In this document: positions 63,873-64,000 of the stretch, in pieces | Layout of the letters: the number at the start of each line of letters is the position of its first letter | Numbering within the stretch: the stretch's first letter is position 1 | Assembly (NCBI GenBank): GCA_045628725.1 | Contig: JAZQPT010000015.1 | Coordinates: 319 to 64,318 of the forward strand | From: Candidatus Saccharimonadales bacterium | GTDB lineage: Bacteria; Patescibacteriota; Saccharimonadia; Saccharimonadales; Saccharimonadaceae | Direction: 5' to 3' | DNA length: 64,000 nucleotides | Made by a program: the position numbers and the translations under genes | The notes under the pieces: generated by a model | Databases searched by the model: none | What the model saw: only the letters and a program-made list of their open reading frames with translations | Told to the model about the DNA's origin: nothing

Positions 63873-64000
63873 ATGACTTCAGATATCCCCGAGTTCAAAT
63901 CTGCTGTCGGTATTTTGCCTTCAGGACGAGTGGCCGGCCGGTATATCGACGTGGACAGTGACTACTTTGCCGAAGATCTTGGCACTGTGTTCATATGGTG
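63873..64000 (+). CDS. hypothetical protein, N-terminal fragment running off the right window edge
   Basis: Own translation: MTSDIPEFKSAVGILPSGRVAGRYIDVDSDYFAEDLGTVFIW..., open to the edge, in GC-rich sequence. Weak SD (GGTG). Confidence 0.3.
   Translation, partial: MTSDIPEFKSAVGILPSGRVAGRYIDVDSDYFAEDLGTVFIW

Noticed and set aside
1-64000. Alternative genetic code (UGA recoding, as in some CPR lineages such as Gracilibacteria/SR1)
   Set aside because: Conserved genes translate at full length with the standard table. TGA is used as a genuine stop, for example by the VanY-like gene at 63746-63748 and the ORF ending at 6657. No in-frame TGA interrupts any recognised family member.

Overview
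Compact, gene-dense, mostly core-genome window: about 90 protein genes, 4 tRNAs, no rRNA, no CRISPR array, no recognisable transposase or integrase. The minus strand carries the ribosomal-protein superoperon (rplC...rplO, secY, infA-rpmJ-rpsM-rpsK-rpsD-rpoA-rplQ-rplM-rpsI; 45.3-61.7 kb). It also carries a fragmented secE-nusG-rplK / rplA / rplJ-rplL cluster (8.2-23 kb) and the replication/recombination genes dnaX-dnaB-ybaB-recR. Other content: a complete dCTP-to-dTDP module (dcd, NUDIX, thyA, folA, tmk), trehalose-6-P synthase/phosphatase, a GT4-GH57-GH15 alpha-glucan cluster, trpS, holB, a sensor kinase, a sortase and type IV pilin genes. Several traits fit a reduced-genome Patescibacteria/CPR organism (Saccharibacteria-like) using the standard code: no L30 gene between S5 and L15, Cys-free L33/L36, very tight gene packing and pilins. 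That placement is inference only. I did not find an obvious large novel multi-gene system. The best leads are listed here. (1) A GC-rich two-gene cassette at 62.0-62.8 kb whose second protein looks MbcA/ParS-antitoxin-like, sitting where rpsJ normally precedes rplC. (2) Interruptions of the spc operon: a terminator, a small repeat-containing ORF and a promoter between rpsH and rplF, and an unexplained 340-bp spacer between rplO and secY. (3) A small orphan-gene islet downstream of tRNA-Trp with a duplicated T-arm fragment. (4) A strongly promoted, terminator-bounded transcript with a 175-nt structured tail (976-1186). (5) A recurring leaderless-promoter architecture. (6) An L1 protein with an N-terminal HeH-like extension. 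(7) Three reading-frame breaks, two at identifiable short homopolymer runs, which may be assembly errors rather than biology. All family assignments come from reading the supplied translations; no searches were run.
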